Assembly (NCBI GenBank): GCA_963847625.1
Contig: CAWKAR010000027.1
Span: forward strand, 257,707-321,706
Direction of reading: 5' to 3'
DNA length: 64,000 bases
Origin: a candidate division FCPU426 bacterium
GTDB taxonomy: Bacteria > Oederibacteriota > Muellerivitia > Muellerivitales > Muellerivitaceae
Part shown: in pieces, positions 28,637 to 41,156 of the stretch
Numbering within the stretch: position 1 is the stretch's first letter
How the letters are laid out: each line of letters begins with the position of its first letter
Notes under the pieces: generated by a model
Told to the model about the DNA's origin: nothing
Seen by the model: the letters and a program-made list of their open reading frames with translations, nothing else
The model's database searches: none
Translations under genes and position numbers: made by a program

Positions 28637-31600
28637 ATGGGCAGGAATCTCGGCAGGAAAGGTCTTTTGTTCATTTTTTCCGCCTCATTCTTTATTACCC
28701 TTTTAAGCGCGAGGTTTGTTTTCGGGCAGACCGTGGGTGTTATCAATAGCAATGGGGATAACAGCGCCGGTTCGCTGGGCGACGCCATCAACACACTGGG
28801 TTCTTCCGGCGGAAGCGTCACTTTCGACCCGTCGGTTGGGCCGATCCTTCTAAGCCAATCCCTTCCAACCGCCACAGGTAGCGTGACCTTCTTAAGCACG
28901 GGGTCAGTCAATTCAGCCTTTGTGGCCGGCCAGGACAACAATACATCCCAATTCCTATTCCAGCAGGAGCTCAATGTTGGGAGCAATTTCTCCTTAAGCC
29001 TAAGCAACAACGCCTCTACGGTTAGCGAATTAGATGGCGCCGTAACGGCCGGCACCTGGACCCTGAACAGCGGATCACAGTTCAGCCTCCTGGCGGGGAC
29101 CGCCGCGGTAACAACTGACACGGGTAACTCCAATATTACGGGTACTTCCGGGGGTAATGCTTCTGTGACAGCGGGTTCGGTGACGATGAACACAATCTTG
29201 GGGGGAAACATCACGGCCGGTGATGGACAATCTGTCAGCGTCTCGAGCGGCGATATCGACAGGGGCGGGACAGGGGGTAATGCTTCCCTGAACGCGGATA
29301 ATCTTAATGCGGCATCTTCCGCTTTCACTGTGACCGGGGGTGCGGGTGGGATCTCCAACAGTAACGGTGGTGACGGCGGGCAGTCATCAGTTTCTATCGG
29401 TACCGGAGTCCTCTCCGGGGCTTCGACTTTCATCCTGCGGGGCGGCGCCGGCGGGAGTTCGGATCACGGTGGGTCGGGAGGAAATGGGGGAAACACAAAC
29501 CTAATTACTAACGGGGCCCTTACAATTTCAGGATCCAGTTTAAGCGTTTTGGGAGGAGTGGGAAGCGATAGCAGTAATGAAGATGCGGGCGCCGGTGGCG
29601 GCGTCACCGCAACGTTAGGGTCATTGAATATGGTTCCCGGCGCTTTAGCCTCCCTTACCGGCGGGAACGGTGGCGCCGGTTATGGCGAAGGGGGTAATGG
29701 TGGAAGCCTTCTCTTGACGGCTGGTTCCGTATCGCTTACAGGTCCAGGAACAAGTCTTAACATCACTGGGGGAGCGGGCGGCCAGCAGACGGGTTCCCAA
29801 AGGGCTGACCTTGGGGGGACGGGAGGTAACGCGACTGTTTCCACCGGTGCTTTAGCGACGGGTTCAGGAACTGTCTTTGACATTACCGGCGGATTAGGCG
29901 GCGATACATCCGCAATGAACATAGGCAGAGGGGGAGATGGAGGTGTTGCCTCTTTTTCGGCGAATACGGTAACCCTTTCAGGGAATATGGGCGTTACGGG
30001 TGGCAACGGCGGTTCTGGATTCTTTGGGGGTAACGGCGGGGCCGCCAGCGCGGCTGCAAATGCCTGGACTATCGGCACTGGTGCAAGCCTTTCGGTTATG
30101 GGAGGAATAAGCGGTAACGGGACCACAGTCGGACCAGGCGGCCAAGCGGCTGTTTCCGCGGGAACTTTGACGATGGACTCTGGATCTTCCATAGAGGTTT
30201 TGGGCGGCGCTGGAGGGAATGGAACTGGAAACCCAGGCGTAATTCAACCAGGACGCGGGGGTTTTGGAATCTTTAAAGCGGGTTCCGTGAGCATGGGTTC
30301 AGGGTCGTCATTGGGTGTCACGGGAGGAGCCGGTGGCACTGGAGGGGGCCAGGGCGGGGATATAGGTGTGACCATGACATCACTGTCCATGGACACAGGA
30401 TCGGCCATTAACTTAATAGGAGGGTCGGCCGTCGATGGGACCGGATTAGGGGGCCAGGCTTTCTTTACGGCTGGGTCGGTATCGATGAATTCCGCTTCCG
30501 TCAGTATTTACGGGGGGAATGGGGGTTCCGGGGGAGGTAATGGAAACCAAGCCAACATCCAATTAAGTTCTTTGGTAATGAATGGCAGTTCGACATTCAT
30601 GGTGGAAGGCGGGCAGGGTGGTGCGGGAGGGGACGGTGGGTTGGTCCAGATGTCCGTGAATTCAGGGGTTACATTGGGTTCCAATTCCGATTTTACGGCT
30701 GTCGGAGGGGCGGCCGGCATTGGGGGTCAAGGCGGGAACATCAATGTTATTTTCAACGATTTGGAGGGAGTAGCCGGGTCGTCCGTCAGCCTCGGCGGGA
30801 CGGGGCAACAGCTCCTGATTGTCAACGGAGGAAGTTTTGCCGGTACGATCCAGGGCTCGGGGGTCCTGCAGGTTGGCGGTTCTAACCCCCTGACCCTTTC
30901 GGGATTAAATACCTACAGCGGCGGGACATCGGTCCTCGGGGGAGAACTGGCCGTGGATACGGGCGGAACACTCGGTAGCGGTTCCGTTTATGCCAACTCA
31001 ACCCTGGTTTTTATAGATAACGCGAATGCCGGAAGCAATACCATGACCGTGGGGAACAGCGGCAACCTGGTATTCCAGGGCACTTCCACGGCCTCCAACG
31101 CCACTATCATCAATAACAACTTTTTACAGTTCTATAATTCATCGAACGCCGGAAGCGCGACCATCACCAACCTTGACCAATTGAATTTTTACGATGGTTC
31201 CTCAGCCGGTTCCGCATATATCCAAAACAACGGAACGCTCCTATTTTCAGGGGATGACATTCCGGTGAGCATATCGACCGCAGGCAGCGCGATGATCACC
31301 AACAATGGCACCATAAATTTCGGCGACAGTTCCACGGCTGGAAGCGCCACTATCACTTCCAACGCTGGTTCATCGGTAGTGTTTAACGGGTTATCCGCGG
31401 GAGGGACGGCCGACTTTATCGATAATGCCGGTTCTTTGTTCGACATCAGTGGGGAAGATGCGTCGGGGATTACGGTGGGTTCGATTGAGGGCGCCGGAAA
31501 TATTGATCTTGGCTCAAAAAACTTGACGACGGGCGGGAATAACATGAGCACCGCTATTTCCGGAGTCCTGGCCGACGGCGGCCAAGCTGGCGGAGTTGGC

Positions 31601-34600
31601 GGTTCATTAACCAAGATGGGGACTGGAACCTTGACCTTGTCGGGCACGAACACCTACAGCGGCGGGACGGCGGTAGCCGCGGGGACGCTGGCTTTGACCG
31701 GCACTGGAACCCTGGGAAGCGGCACCTTGATGGTAAATTCCTCCGCGAATTTTGACATGAGCGGATCAACCGCCGGAGTGAACGTGGGGTCCATCCAGGG
31801 CGGGGGAAATATTTTCCTGGGCGGCGGAACTTTAGCGGCAGGTACCGACAACAGCTCGACAACCTTTTTTGGAGTTATCAGTGACGGCGGCCTAGCTGGA
31901 GGTTCCGGCGGTTCGTTGACCAAAATGGGGACGGGAACCTTGACACTCTCCGGTGTCAACGCTTACACCGGCGGGACGGCTTTGAACGGCGGCACCTTGA
32001 ACCTCGGGAACAACAGCGCCTTGGGCACCGGGAACCTGACCCTGGAAAACGGCACGACCTTGCAGGCGGGAATCAACGGCCTGGCGGTCACGAACGCGAT
32101 ATCCCTCAATGGGAACGATACTTACGACACCAACGGCAATGGTTCGTCCCTGTCGGGTGTCATCAACGGTTCGAGCGGCCTGGACGTTATAGGAAGCGGA
32201 ATCCTGACCCTGACGGGCACGAACACCTACAGCGGCGGGACGACGGTAGCCGCGGGGACGCTGGCTTTGGCCGGCACTGGAACCCTGGGAAGCGGCAGTT
32301 TGATGGTAAATCCCTCCGCGAATTTTGACATGAGCGGGGCAACCGCTGGAGTAAGCGTAGAGTCCATCCAGGGGGGGGAAATATTTTCCTGGGCGGCGAA
32401 GGTTTAGCGGAAGGTAACGACAACAGCTCGACAACCCTTTCTGGAGTTATCAGTGATGGCGGCATAGCTGGAGGTTCCGGCGGTTCGTTGACCAAAATGG
32501 GGACGGGAACCCTGACTCTCTCAGGCGTTAACACTTACAGCGGCGGGACGGCTTTGAACGGCGGCACCTTGAACCTGGGGAATAACAATGCCCTGGGCAC
32601 CGGGAGCCTGACCCTGGAAGACGGAACGACCTTGCAGGCGGGGACCAACGGCTTGGCCGTCGCGAACACGGTATCCCTCAACGGAACCGATACTTACGAC
32701 ACCAACGGCAATGGTTCGTCCCTGTCGGGCGTCATCAGCGGTTCAGGCGGCCTGGATGTTACAGGAAGCGGAGCCCTGACCCTGACGGGAACCAACACCT
32801 ACGGGGGCGGGACGGCTTTGAACGGCGGCACCTTGAACCTGGGGAACAACAGCGCCCTGGGCACCGGGAGCCTGACCCTGGAAGACGGAACGACCTTGCA
32901 GGCGGGGACCAACGGCCTGGCGGTCACGAACGCGGTTTCCCTCAACGGGAACGATGCTTACGATACCAACGGCAATAGTTCGTTTCTGTCGGGCGTCATC
33001 AGCGGATCGGGCGGCCTGGACGTCACAGGAAGCGGGGTCCTGACCCTGTCGGGTATCGATAGCTACACGGGCGGCACCAGCATTGTGAGCGGCACTTTAG
33101 TGGCGGCCAACAACAACGCTTTAGGCGCGGGCTCGGTGGTGGTGAACGGGGGCACTTTAAGCGTCAGCGGCCTCCGAACGGTGACGATTGGGGGTAATTA
33201 CACCCAATTATCCACGGGAACCCTGCAATTAGGTATGGGAGGAACGGCGGCGGGGGACTGGGACATGCTGAAAATTTCCGGTGCGGCCACCTTGGCGGGG
33301 ACCCTGCGGCTGGTTTCGGTTAACGGGTTTCAGTTCCAGACGCATGGAACCCAGGACTTCGAGATTCTGTCGGCGGGCAGCGTGGACGGTAAATTTAATC
33401 CGGTAATGAATGGGATCACGGCCGGTTCGGTGTCGCTGGTTTATGACCCACAGGAGATTCTCCTGGAGGTGTCGGGCCCGACCTACCAGTCCTTGGGCGT
33501 GTCGCCCAACCAAAAGTCCGTCGGCGGCGCGTTGGATTATTTGAACGCTCATTCGGCCGATCCGGCTTTGATGAATATTTTAAATACCAAGTCCAATGCC
33601 GTTTTGCCGGGGATTTACAACCAAATCTCGCCGGCGATTTTGACGTCCATATATCAAATCTGTTTCTCGACGGCGGAAAGCCGAGCAGCTTTCGTCTTAA
33701 ACAGGCTGGGATCGCTTTTTGAAGAGCCGTTCTTGACGGAGGGAATGGCTGATTCCAACATCATCCGGGAAGGCCCCTTGTTCGCTGGAAAAATGTCGGC
33801 GAAAAAAGAGAAAGCCATCATGCAGGAAGAGGAGGAAAAGGATGAGACGGCCGAACCTCCCGCGGTTGCGGCGCCTGAAAACCGCTTCGGGGTATATGTG
33901 GATGGTTTAGGCAATTTCGGGTCCGTCACAGGTGATTCCAACGCCGCGGGTTATAATTTTACGACCTCCGGTATGGCGGCTGGGATGGATTACAGGTTCA
34001 ACCAGGAATGGGCGGGTGGCCTTCTTTTGGGTTATTCCAATACTGGAACGACCCAATCCGGCAGCAACAGTGTAAGCGTGACGGGCGGCCAGGCGGGCCT
34101 TTATGGCGGCTGGAATCATGGGAAACTCCGCTTGGAAGCCCTCGTGGATGGGGGAATCAACAGTTACAAGACCCAGCGGGAAAGTTACGGGGGGGTGGCG
34201 ACTGGTTCAACCCAAGGCGTCCAGTATGGCGGTCAACTGACTTGCGGGATTGAAAGGCAAATAGACAAAGTGGCCTTGGAAATGTTCCTGTCGGGCCAAT
34301 ACACTGATGTGAATATAAACAGTTTCCAGGAAACGGGATCCTCTCTGACGAACTTGAACATTCCTTCCCAAGGGGAAAGCTCTGTGTTGAGCCAATTGGG
34401 GGCAAAAGCGGGCTGGTCGTGGAAAATGGGAAATGTTTCCATCCTGCCGAGCTTAAGCCTGGCATGGGAGCATGTGTATCAAGGAAACCAGGACAGTTTG
34501 AACGCCACTCTTGGGAGCGCCAACAACCTATTTACAGTCCAGGGTCCCGCGACGGGGACGGATGTAGCGGTCATCGGGGCTGACATTAACGCAAAATTCA

Positions 34601-34698
34601 GCAAGGGTTTTGGGGCTTTTGTCCAATACCAGGGAAAATTGGGATTGACGAATTATGGTTTCCAAAACGTTACCGGCGGGGTGAATTTCGGTTTTTAA
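28637..34698 (+). CDS. Large autotransporter adhesin (~2020 aa) split by a one-base frameshift at G8 (32371-32378)
   Basis: Passenger-associated beta-strand repeats (LTKMGTGTLTLSG.NTY.GGT); C-terminal beta-barrel ending VNFGF. Confidence 0.9.
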
Positions 34699-35465
34699 AA
34701 TGTTGCTGAAAAAGTCCCTAAAACGGACTTTTTCCCTCATGCCACTTTGAAAATATATCAAAGGGCATGAGGACGTCCCCATTTTCCTTGTAAAAGTTCG
34801 AACAATGATAAATGGGGGCAGCTGACAACATTTGCGGAAACCCCACGATTCCCGCCCTGTTTGAATAGGAATCTGAAAAAGATAACTGGGTATGCCATTT
34901 TGTCTTTATAAGATTTATATGAAAAAAATGGCGCAGAATCTTTGGGGCCGCAGGCTGTTTTGTCCCATTCCTCTATACTTATTTATTGAGAATGGGACTA
35001 TGCCACTTTCCTTATGATTCAAGAAATAGGAAAAGCGGTATGTGGGCCTGTTTTTAATTTTTCAGCAGCCTGCGAAAGAATTTCAACATTTATATAAGTG
35101 AACCTATAAAAGCTCGAGGGTATATCCGAATTAACCAATGTTCCTATTGGTGGATCGTTGCTTAGATTCGTCGTTTTGGAAATGGAACCCTTATTCTTTA
35201 GAATATTCCCTTACTATTGCAGTGGAATAACGGTGTGCAGGCTGAGTTCCGCAGGATCCTCAAAAACCAGAAATAAACTTTCAATCATCCATTTTCTTCA
35301 ATTACAGCTTAAAATATGTTTTATAAACACGTATTCAGCCGCGAGATGACCCGGATTTTTTTATCATGTTCGTTTATGATTGTAGAGTATAGGCCAACAG
35401 ATTCATCCCATCGTTATAGATGAATCACTGTTATCGGATGATGAAATTTTCAAAGGGTTGAATGG

Positions 35466-37445
35466 ATGATTGAATCCTCGAAACGAATTTTTCCCCTGGA
35501 TTTCACTGGAAGAATGGTGGGATTGCTTTTCCTCATTCTCATACCCATTGTGGTTTTGATTCCCCATAATGCTGTTCCCGTTTGGCTATCCATGGACTTG
35601 GCTTTGCGGTGGATTTCCGGACTCGTTTTCATTCTTTGTATGGCGATCTACGTAGTCCGGGACCGTTTACCCGTCACCCTTTTATTGGACACCTCCGATT
35701 TTTTGTTTGTGCTCCTTTTAAGTTGGATTCTCCTTTCCGCCAAGAATTCCCAAACATCTTTTGACAGTTTCTACGCTTTCAGAACCTTTTTGGCTTCGAC
35801 CTTGTGGTGGTTCTCACTGCGGATCGTGTGGAAGCGTTGGCCGGGACTTTTTGGCTGGTTCAAAAAGATTTTCTTTTTGACCGCTTATTTGGCCGGGACT
35901 TGGCTTTTATTCACCACCATGGGACGCTGGTTTTGGTTCGATTATTTCTCGAGGTTCGTTCCCCGGGAAGGTTTTTTTATAAATCCAAATATCGCGGCCG
36001 GCTTCCTAGGCATGGCCCTTCTTTGGGGGCTGCATCTTAAATTAAACCGGGAATGGTTCCCATGGACTGGCCTGGGATTACTGTTGGTTGCTTGGGGGTT
36101 AACTGAAAGCCGCGGCTCATTAGCGGCGATGGTTTTGGTTGCGGTTTTGTACCTGGTATTACATATGGGGGAAATTGAAAAAAGGATTTCCCAATGGGGA
36201 TCCAAACAATGGCTGACATTCGGTGTGGCGGTGATTTTCCTGGCGATTTGCCTTTCATCGACAGTCAACCGCATGCTGAGCGGCGAGAATGCCGATCCCC
36301 GGGCCTATTTCCGGTTCGACATTTGGATCAGTAGTTTCCATATGATTATGGCCCAACCGATTTTCGGGTTCGGACCGGGAACCTTCGCGGATGTCTATCC
36401 TTTTTTCAGGCCGGAAGGATATTGGGACGTTTTCAACCCATTCGCCCATAATGAATTCCTCCAGGCGGCGGCGGAATGTGGTATTCCCGCGCTGATTTTA
36501 ATTCTTCTCCTGCTTTGGGTTTTGCTCAGGGATTTTTCCGGTGTCACTTTAAAGACTTCAATCATGGATCGCCACCCAAGTGAAGTGAGAACCGCCGAAT
36601 TGGCGTTTTATCTCATTCTATTTGAGGGATTGCATAATTCGGTCGACTTCACCTTCCACGATTGGTCTCACCGACTGGTTTTAATGGGCTTGGTGACATT
36701 TGCACTCAGGGAGAAAAAAAGGGGGGATTTGCTTCAAGTGACTTTTCAAATGACCCAACCTGTCTTTCGAACCGTCCTTTCAGTGGTTTTTCTCCTGGTT
36801 TTCTGGATCTTAGGGTGGGGGGGGGCACGAGATTTTTCCTCCAGGATTTATGATCTCAAGGGGAACCTCGCGCAAAGAATTGGCGACTTGGATCAGGCGG
36901 AAAAATACGCTCAAAAAAGCCTTCAGCAGCGGCCCAATTTCATGGATCCGTGGAATACTCTTGGCGCGGTGGAGGATGTACGTGCCGAAAGGGTCAATAA
37001 CTTTTCCCAAAGGGAAAAATATTTCGAATTGGCGGACGAATATTTTCAACGCGCCATCCAATGTTCGCCTTACGCTTCTGAGCCAAGGGAAAACCAGATC
37101 CAAAGCCTGGTTTTGCGGGGACGGTTGGATCAAGCCTTGGATCTTCAAAGCCAACTCATGACGAAAGGTCCCGAGTTGCCGAATAATTATTTAGACTTAG
37201 GTTCCATTCTGGTCAAGATGGGCCGTGCCCGGGAAGCCCTAAAACCCGCCCAAAAACTAGTGGACAAGTATCCCTATTTCCTTCCGGGTTATATATTAAA
37301 AGCCCAAGTTTTGGAGTTAATGGGGCGGAAAAATGAAGCACTTAACGTTTATGAAGAGGCGCGGGATATGCTCCAAAACATACACATGACCGATCCTTCC
37401 GGTTGGGTAGAACCCAATATCAAGAGGCTTAAGGGTTCCTCCTGA
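35466..37445 (+). CDS. O-antigen ligase/Wzy_C-family membrane protein with C-terminal TPRs
   Basis: FINPNIAAG, TESRGS, GFGPGTF, AHNEFLQ. Confidence 0.88.
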   Translation: MIESSKRIFPLDFTGRMVGLLFLILIPIVVLIPHNAVPVWLSMDLALRWISGLVFILCMAIYVVRDRLPVTLLLDTSDFLFVLLLSWILLSAKNSQTSFDSFYAFRTFLASTLWWFSLRIVWKRWPGLFGWFKKIFFLTAYLAGTWLLFTTMGRWFWFDYFSRFVPREGFFINPNIAAGFLGMALLWGLHLKLNREWFPWTGLGLLLVAWGLTESRGSLAAMVLVAVLYLVLHMGEIEKRISQWGSKQWLTFGVAVIFLAICLSSTVNRMLSGENADPRAYFRFDIWISSFHMIMAQPIFGFGPGTFADVYPFFRPEGYWDVFNPFAHNEFLQAAAECGIPALILILLLLWVLLRDFSGVTLKTSIMDRHPSEVRTAELAFYLILFEGLHNSVDFTFHDWSHRLVLMGLVTFALREKKRGDLLQVTFQMTQPVFRTVLSVVFLLVFWILGWGGARDFSSRIYDLKGNLAQRIGDLDQAEKYAQKSLQQRPNFMDPWNTLGAVEDVRAERVNNFSQREKYFELADEYFQRAIQCSPYASEPRENQIQSLVLRGRLDQALDLQSQLMTKGPELPNNYLDLGSILVKMGRAREALKPAQKLVDKYPYFLPGYILKAQVLELMGRKNEALNVYEEARDMLQNIHMTDPSGWVEPNIKRLKGSS

Positions 37446-39574
37446 TGGGAATTTTTTTTCGATGCCGAGGAAACAAAAATTCCTGGATTCATCCCGCGGC
37501 TCTATTCTTAGGCTTGTTCGTCCTCGACGCTTTTCTCGTATCCCCCTTTATAGGTTGGTACGATTCGGGAGAAATGATCGCAACTACCCTGTGCCTTGGG
37601 ATTTCCCACCCCTCCGGCCAAGTTTTATTCCACCTATTGGGCAAATTGTTCCTGCTTCTGCCCTTTAAGACCCCGGCTTTCCGATTGGGACTGATGTCCG
37701 CTTTTTGTTCCGCACTGGCCTCGGTCTTGTTTTGGAATCTTTGCTTAAAAATATCGGTTTCCCTTGCTCCGCGATCAAGAAAATGGGAGGAGTTTTTCCC
37801 AAAATTGAAGGTATGGCTTATTATTTTAGTTCTCGCCTGGAGCCTAAGTCTTCCCTGGTGGCGTTATTCACTGACACCCCTCATCTACGCCCTTCACCTT
37901 TTACTGGCTCTTTTGATCCTTTGGGCCATAAGCTTGGAGAAGCCCGCGAAATGGTTATTGGCTTTTTTCCTTGCGGGGTTGGCAACCGTTTTTAGACCGA
38001 CTCAGTTTTTCTCCCTGCCATTTCTCGGTTTAGCTTTTATTTTAAATGGGTGGCGGAATAGCTCTAAGCCTCCTAAAACCGTTATTTTTATAATCGGTGC
38101 ATTCTTCCTGGGCCGCAGCACGTTCCTGTATCTCCCCTTAAGGTCCGCTCTTCACCCCACTATGGCTTATGCGGATTTGACCAGTTTCACGACCCTCCTG
38201 AAGCATCTATTCGCCTTGCGTTTTTCACACTATGTCGCAGTTATATCCCTATCCAACATCCAAACAGTATTAAAACAAATGTTTTCACACTTTTGGACCG
38301 ACTTGACACCATTGGGAATCGGGTTGATTCTTGCGGGCTTGGTTTTGGCATTTGTCCGGCGGAAAGCCATTCCTGTTTTTTTATGGATCGCCCTGGGATG
38401 GGGAGCCATGGAGGGGTTTTTCGTCTTTACCATACCTTTTCCGACTTTTGAGTCCCACCAAGTTTTGCTCGGGTGGGTTTTCAGCGGGTTGTTTGCCGGA
38501 GTAGGTTTGTTCTGCTTATTCGAGAAGTGTTACGGTAGAAATATTAGAAGAAAATCTTTTTTGTTAAATCCACATATAGTTACTTTTCTCCTGGTTTGCT
38601 GGTTGGTGGTTCAACTTGGCTCCATCGGGCATCTTTTTGAACGCAAGAGCGAGAGAGGGGCGCAGGATTATGCGAAAAACCTTTTGACTATTATGGACTC
38701 AAAGGCCCTTTACCTGCCGACCGAGGAAAATGAGTATTTCCCGATTGTGGGTTTTCAGCAATCTTTTGACTTTCGTAAGGATGTGGAGGTAGTTGAGCCG
38801 GGAAGCACACCCAGCGACATCGCTCCCCGGATTAGGGCGGCGCTTACCCAAGGAAGATCTCTTTACGTAACCCGAAAATGGGACTTGCCGCCGGGATGGG
38901 CTTATTCCGCCAAGGGACCCTTGCTTCAAGTCGCAAGCCAGGAGTCTCTCCAGATTGAGGAAACAATCCCCTTTGGGGAGCCCCTAGCCCAATGGGGTAA
39001 TATTTTATTAGAAGGTGTAACCGTAAATCCCGGCGTGGTGCAGCCAGGTGGAATGGTTGAAATCACCTACCTTTGGGCGCGGACAAACTTCCAAGGGGAG
39101 CAGGTAAAAAAGGCGAGTGGAACTTCGCCGGTTGTCGCTCTCTTCATAGACGAAAGCGGCCGTTTTTGGATGAAAGATGGCGTTTTTTGGCTGCATGATA
39201 TTCATGAACCTTTTGGACTTTCTTTCGGCCGGTTGAGGAAAAATCGGATGTACAGGGAAACGAGGATTCTTTTTATTCCTTCGGATTTTCCCCAGGGGAA
39301 ATACCACCTAGTAGTGGGGCTTCAAAAAGAAGCGCCGAAGCGGTTGCCCGGCATGGAATCATATCAATATGAATTTTATGAACGTGGTGATTTCCAAAAC
39401 CTGGAAAAGTTCATAGGCCGGGGCGAAAATGGGGCACTGGTACAATTTTCCGCGGGCCAAAATGGCATGGGTAAAAACGACTTTTGGCCGGTTTTGGAAA
39501 GCCAAAAGCCGGTTTTGAATGGATGTTTTGCGCCCGTCGCGGATCTCAAAATAAAAACCGTAGGTGGACGCTGA
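37445..39574 (+). CDS. DUF2723 / TMEM260-like (GT117) membrane glycosyltransferase
   Basis: DSGEMI...LGISHPSG N-terminal motif, YLPLRS, many TM segments. Confidence 0.82.
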   Translation: MGIFFRCRGNKNSWIHPAALFLGLFVLDAFLVSPFIGWYDSGEMIATTLCLGISHPSGQVLFHLLGKLFLLLPFKTPAFRLGLMSAFCSALASVLFWNLCLKISVSLAPRSRKWEEFFPKLKVWLIILVLAWSLSLPWWRYSLTPLIYALHLLLALLILWAISLEKPAKWLLAFFLAGLATVFRPTQFFSLPFLGLAFILNGWRNSSKPPKTVIFIIGAFFLGRSTFLYLPLRSALHPTMAYADLTSFTTLLKHLFALRFSHYVAVISLSNIQTVLKQMFSHFWTDLTPLGIGLILAGLVLAFVRRKAIPVFLWIALGWGAMEGFFVFTIPFPTFESHQVLLGWVFSGLFAGVGLFCLFEKCYGRNIRRKSFLLNPHIVTFLLVCWLVVQLGSIGHLFERKSERGAQDYAKNLLTIMDSKALYLPTEENEYFPIVGFQQSFDFRKDVEVVEPGSTPSDIAPRIRAALTQGRSLYVTRKWDLPPGWAYSAKGPLLQVASQESLQIEETIPFGEPLAQWGNILLEGVTVNPGVVQPGGMVEITYLWARTNFQGEQVKKASGTSPVVALFIDESGRFWMKDGVFWLHDIHEPFGLSFGRLRKNRMYRETRILFIPSDFPQGKYHLVVGLQKEAPKRLPGMESYQYEFYERGDFQNLEKFIGRGENGALVQFSAGQNGMGKNDFWPVLESQKPVLNGCFAPVADLKIKTVGGR

Positions 39575-39747
39575 AAGATCAGTCACCCTCTTTTGCTTTT
39601 GGCTGGTGGCTGGAAACAGGACAGATTTGCGGGTTTTGTTTTTTGAAGAACTGTGCCCGTCCCTTATCACTACCCATTTATCGAAGGATGTACTTTAAGA
39701 GAAAAATGCAGATTAAACTTTCTATTCAACTATTGTTTGAAGCGGTA

Positions 39748-40764
39748 TTAGAGCCGGTATAGCTGGTACCGCATACCGCGCCATTTGGACCTGGGACCAG
39801 TTAACTGGTTTTGAAGGGTATTCGGCAAAAGTTCCTTATCGGTCATGACGAAATTGACCGGAAGGAAATATCCTGGTATCTGAGTGATAAGCCAAAGCTT
39901 TTCGTTTAAAAATATTTTTTTCTTTTCAGCGAACCTCCTGCGTTTTTCAGAGTCGTGCCATTGGTCGCAAGCGTATTCCACCATGGCATGCCCCAAACCC
40001 TTGCCGCGGAAAAGTGGGTCAACCGTTAAGCCTGTTAATTCCACGCAATCCTCATGGGCTGTTATTCCGACTGTACCGGAGGACAAACCTTGAATTTCAG
40101 CTATCCACCAAAGGGTATCTTCCATTTTTGGGATTTCCATGCGGTTGGCTTCCAGGCTTTTTTCGATCCCGTAAAAGTCCCGGGGACCAGCTTCTCGAAA
40201 GGCAAGAGGATGGTCCAATGTCCAAAGGGATGCGGAAGTCAGTTCCCCCCGGTACATTAACCCCCCCTTTTTGGTTTCTATCAGCCGGGTTGCCAAGTCC
40301 AGCACCTGAATGCGTGTAGCCCATTTTGTTTCGCGGATTTCCTTCCAATCAGCGTGCCGCAACTCGGTATCCGTGGTTGTGGCATGGAAAATATAGGAAT
40401 TCCAAGTTATTACTTCACCCTCAAAACTAATATCCAAAGTGATATGGAGAAGGAAACGCTTGATTGTTATATTCAAGCCCGTTTCCTCCTTGGCTTCTCG
40501 GAGGGAGCACGCCACGAAATCCTCGTTAGGTTTAATACCCCCCGAAGGGGACCGGTAATTACCGGGAGGGTAGCTATGCTTGCTCATCATAGCGAAACGG
40601 CCGTCGGCCCCTTCGATCAAAAGCGTGACGTCATGAACTCGCTTTTGTTGGATGCTCTTTTCCAAAAGACGCCAGCCCTCTTCGTCGAATTCCTGGGTCA
40701 TCCATTGATGATAAGGGTATCCGAAACGGGTACGGATGGAGGATAATTGGGGCATGAGAAACAA
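39748..40764 (-). CDS. NUDIX hydrolase-GNAT acetyltransferase fusion
   Basis: Nudix box GIKPNEDFVACSLREAKEETGL; VDPLFRGKGLG. Confidence 0.85.
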   Translation of the reverse strand: MFLMPQLSSIRTRFGYPYHQWMTQEFDEEGWRLLEKSIQQKRVHDVTLLIEGADGRFAMMSKHSYPPGNYRSPSGGIKPNEDFVACSLREAKEETGLNITIKRFLLHITLDISFEGEVITWNSYIFHATTTDTELRHADWKEIRETKWATRIQVLDLATRLIETKKGGLMYRGELTSASLWTLDHPLAFREAGPRDFYGIEKSLEANRMEIPKMEDTLWWIAEIQGLSSGTVGITAHEDCVELTGLTVDPLFRGKGLGHAMVEYACDQWHDSEKRRRFAEKKKIFLNEKLWLITQIPGYFLPVNFVMTDKELLPNTLQNQLTGPRSKWRGMRYQLYRL

Positions 40765-41156
40765 ATTTGATCTCCCGTAAGTTTTATCCCGGAAATCCAG
40801 AAATCATTTAATCAGCAAAATTTCAAAGTACTTGCTGATAATGGAAGTTCGAAACTCCGGAAAAGCCATGTTCTTTCAGGCAGGTATTTTAAGGTTTTAT
40901 TCCAGGAACTTCTAATAAAAAGCTTTCTCCTGTGGAGATTATTTAATGAGACTCAAAGATCGAAATAATACACGACTTTAGTATTTTTAAGGCCAATGGG
41001 CCATTCGGCAATGACTGGGTCCCCCAGGGACGACATTTATTGAAACAGGGTTACATCATCTCGAATGTCTAATATTGGATTGCTATGGATTATTGGGAAT
41101 ATGAACAGCTCTGGAAATATAAAGACTTAAGATTTTGGATTATGGCAATTTACAAC

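Noticed and set aside
28333..32534. Minus-strand Pro-rich ORFs
   Set aside because: Antisense shadows of the Gly-rich autotransporter.
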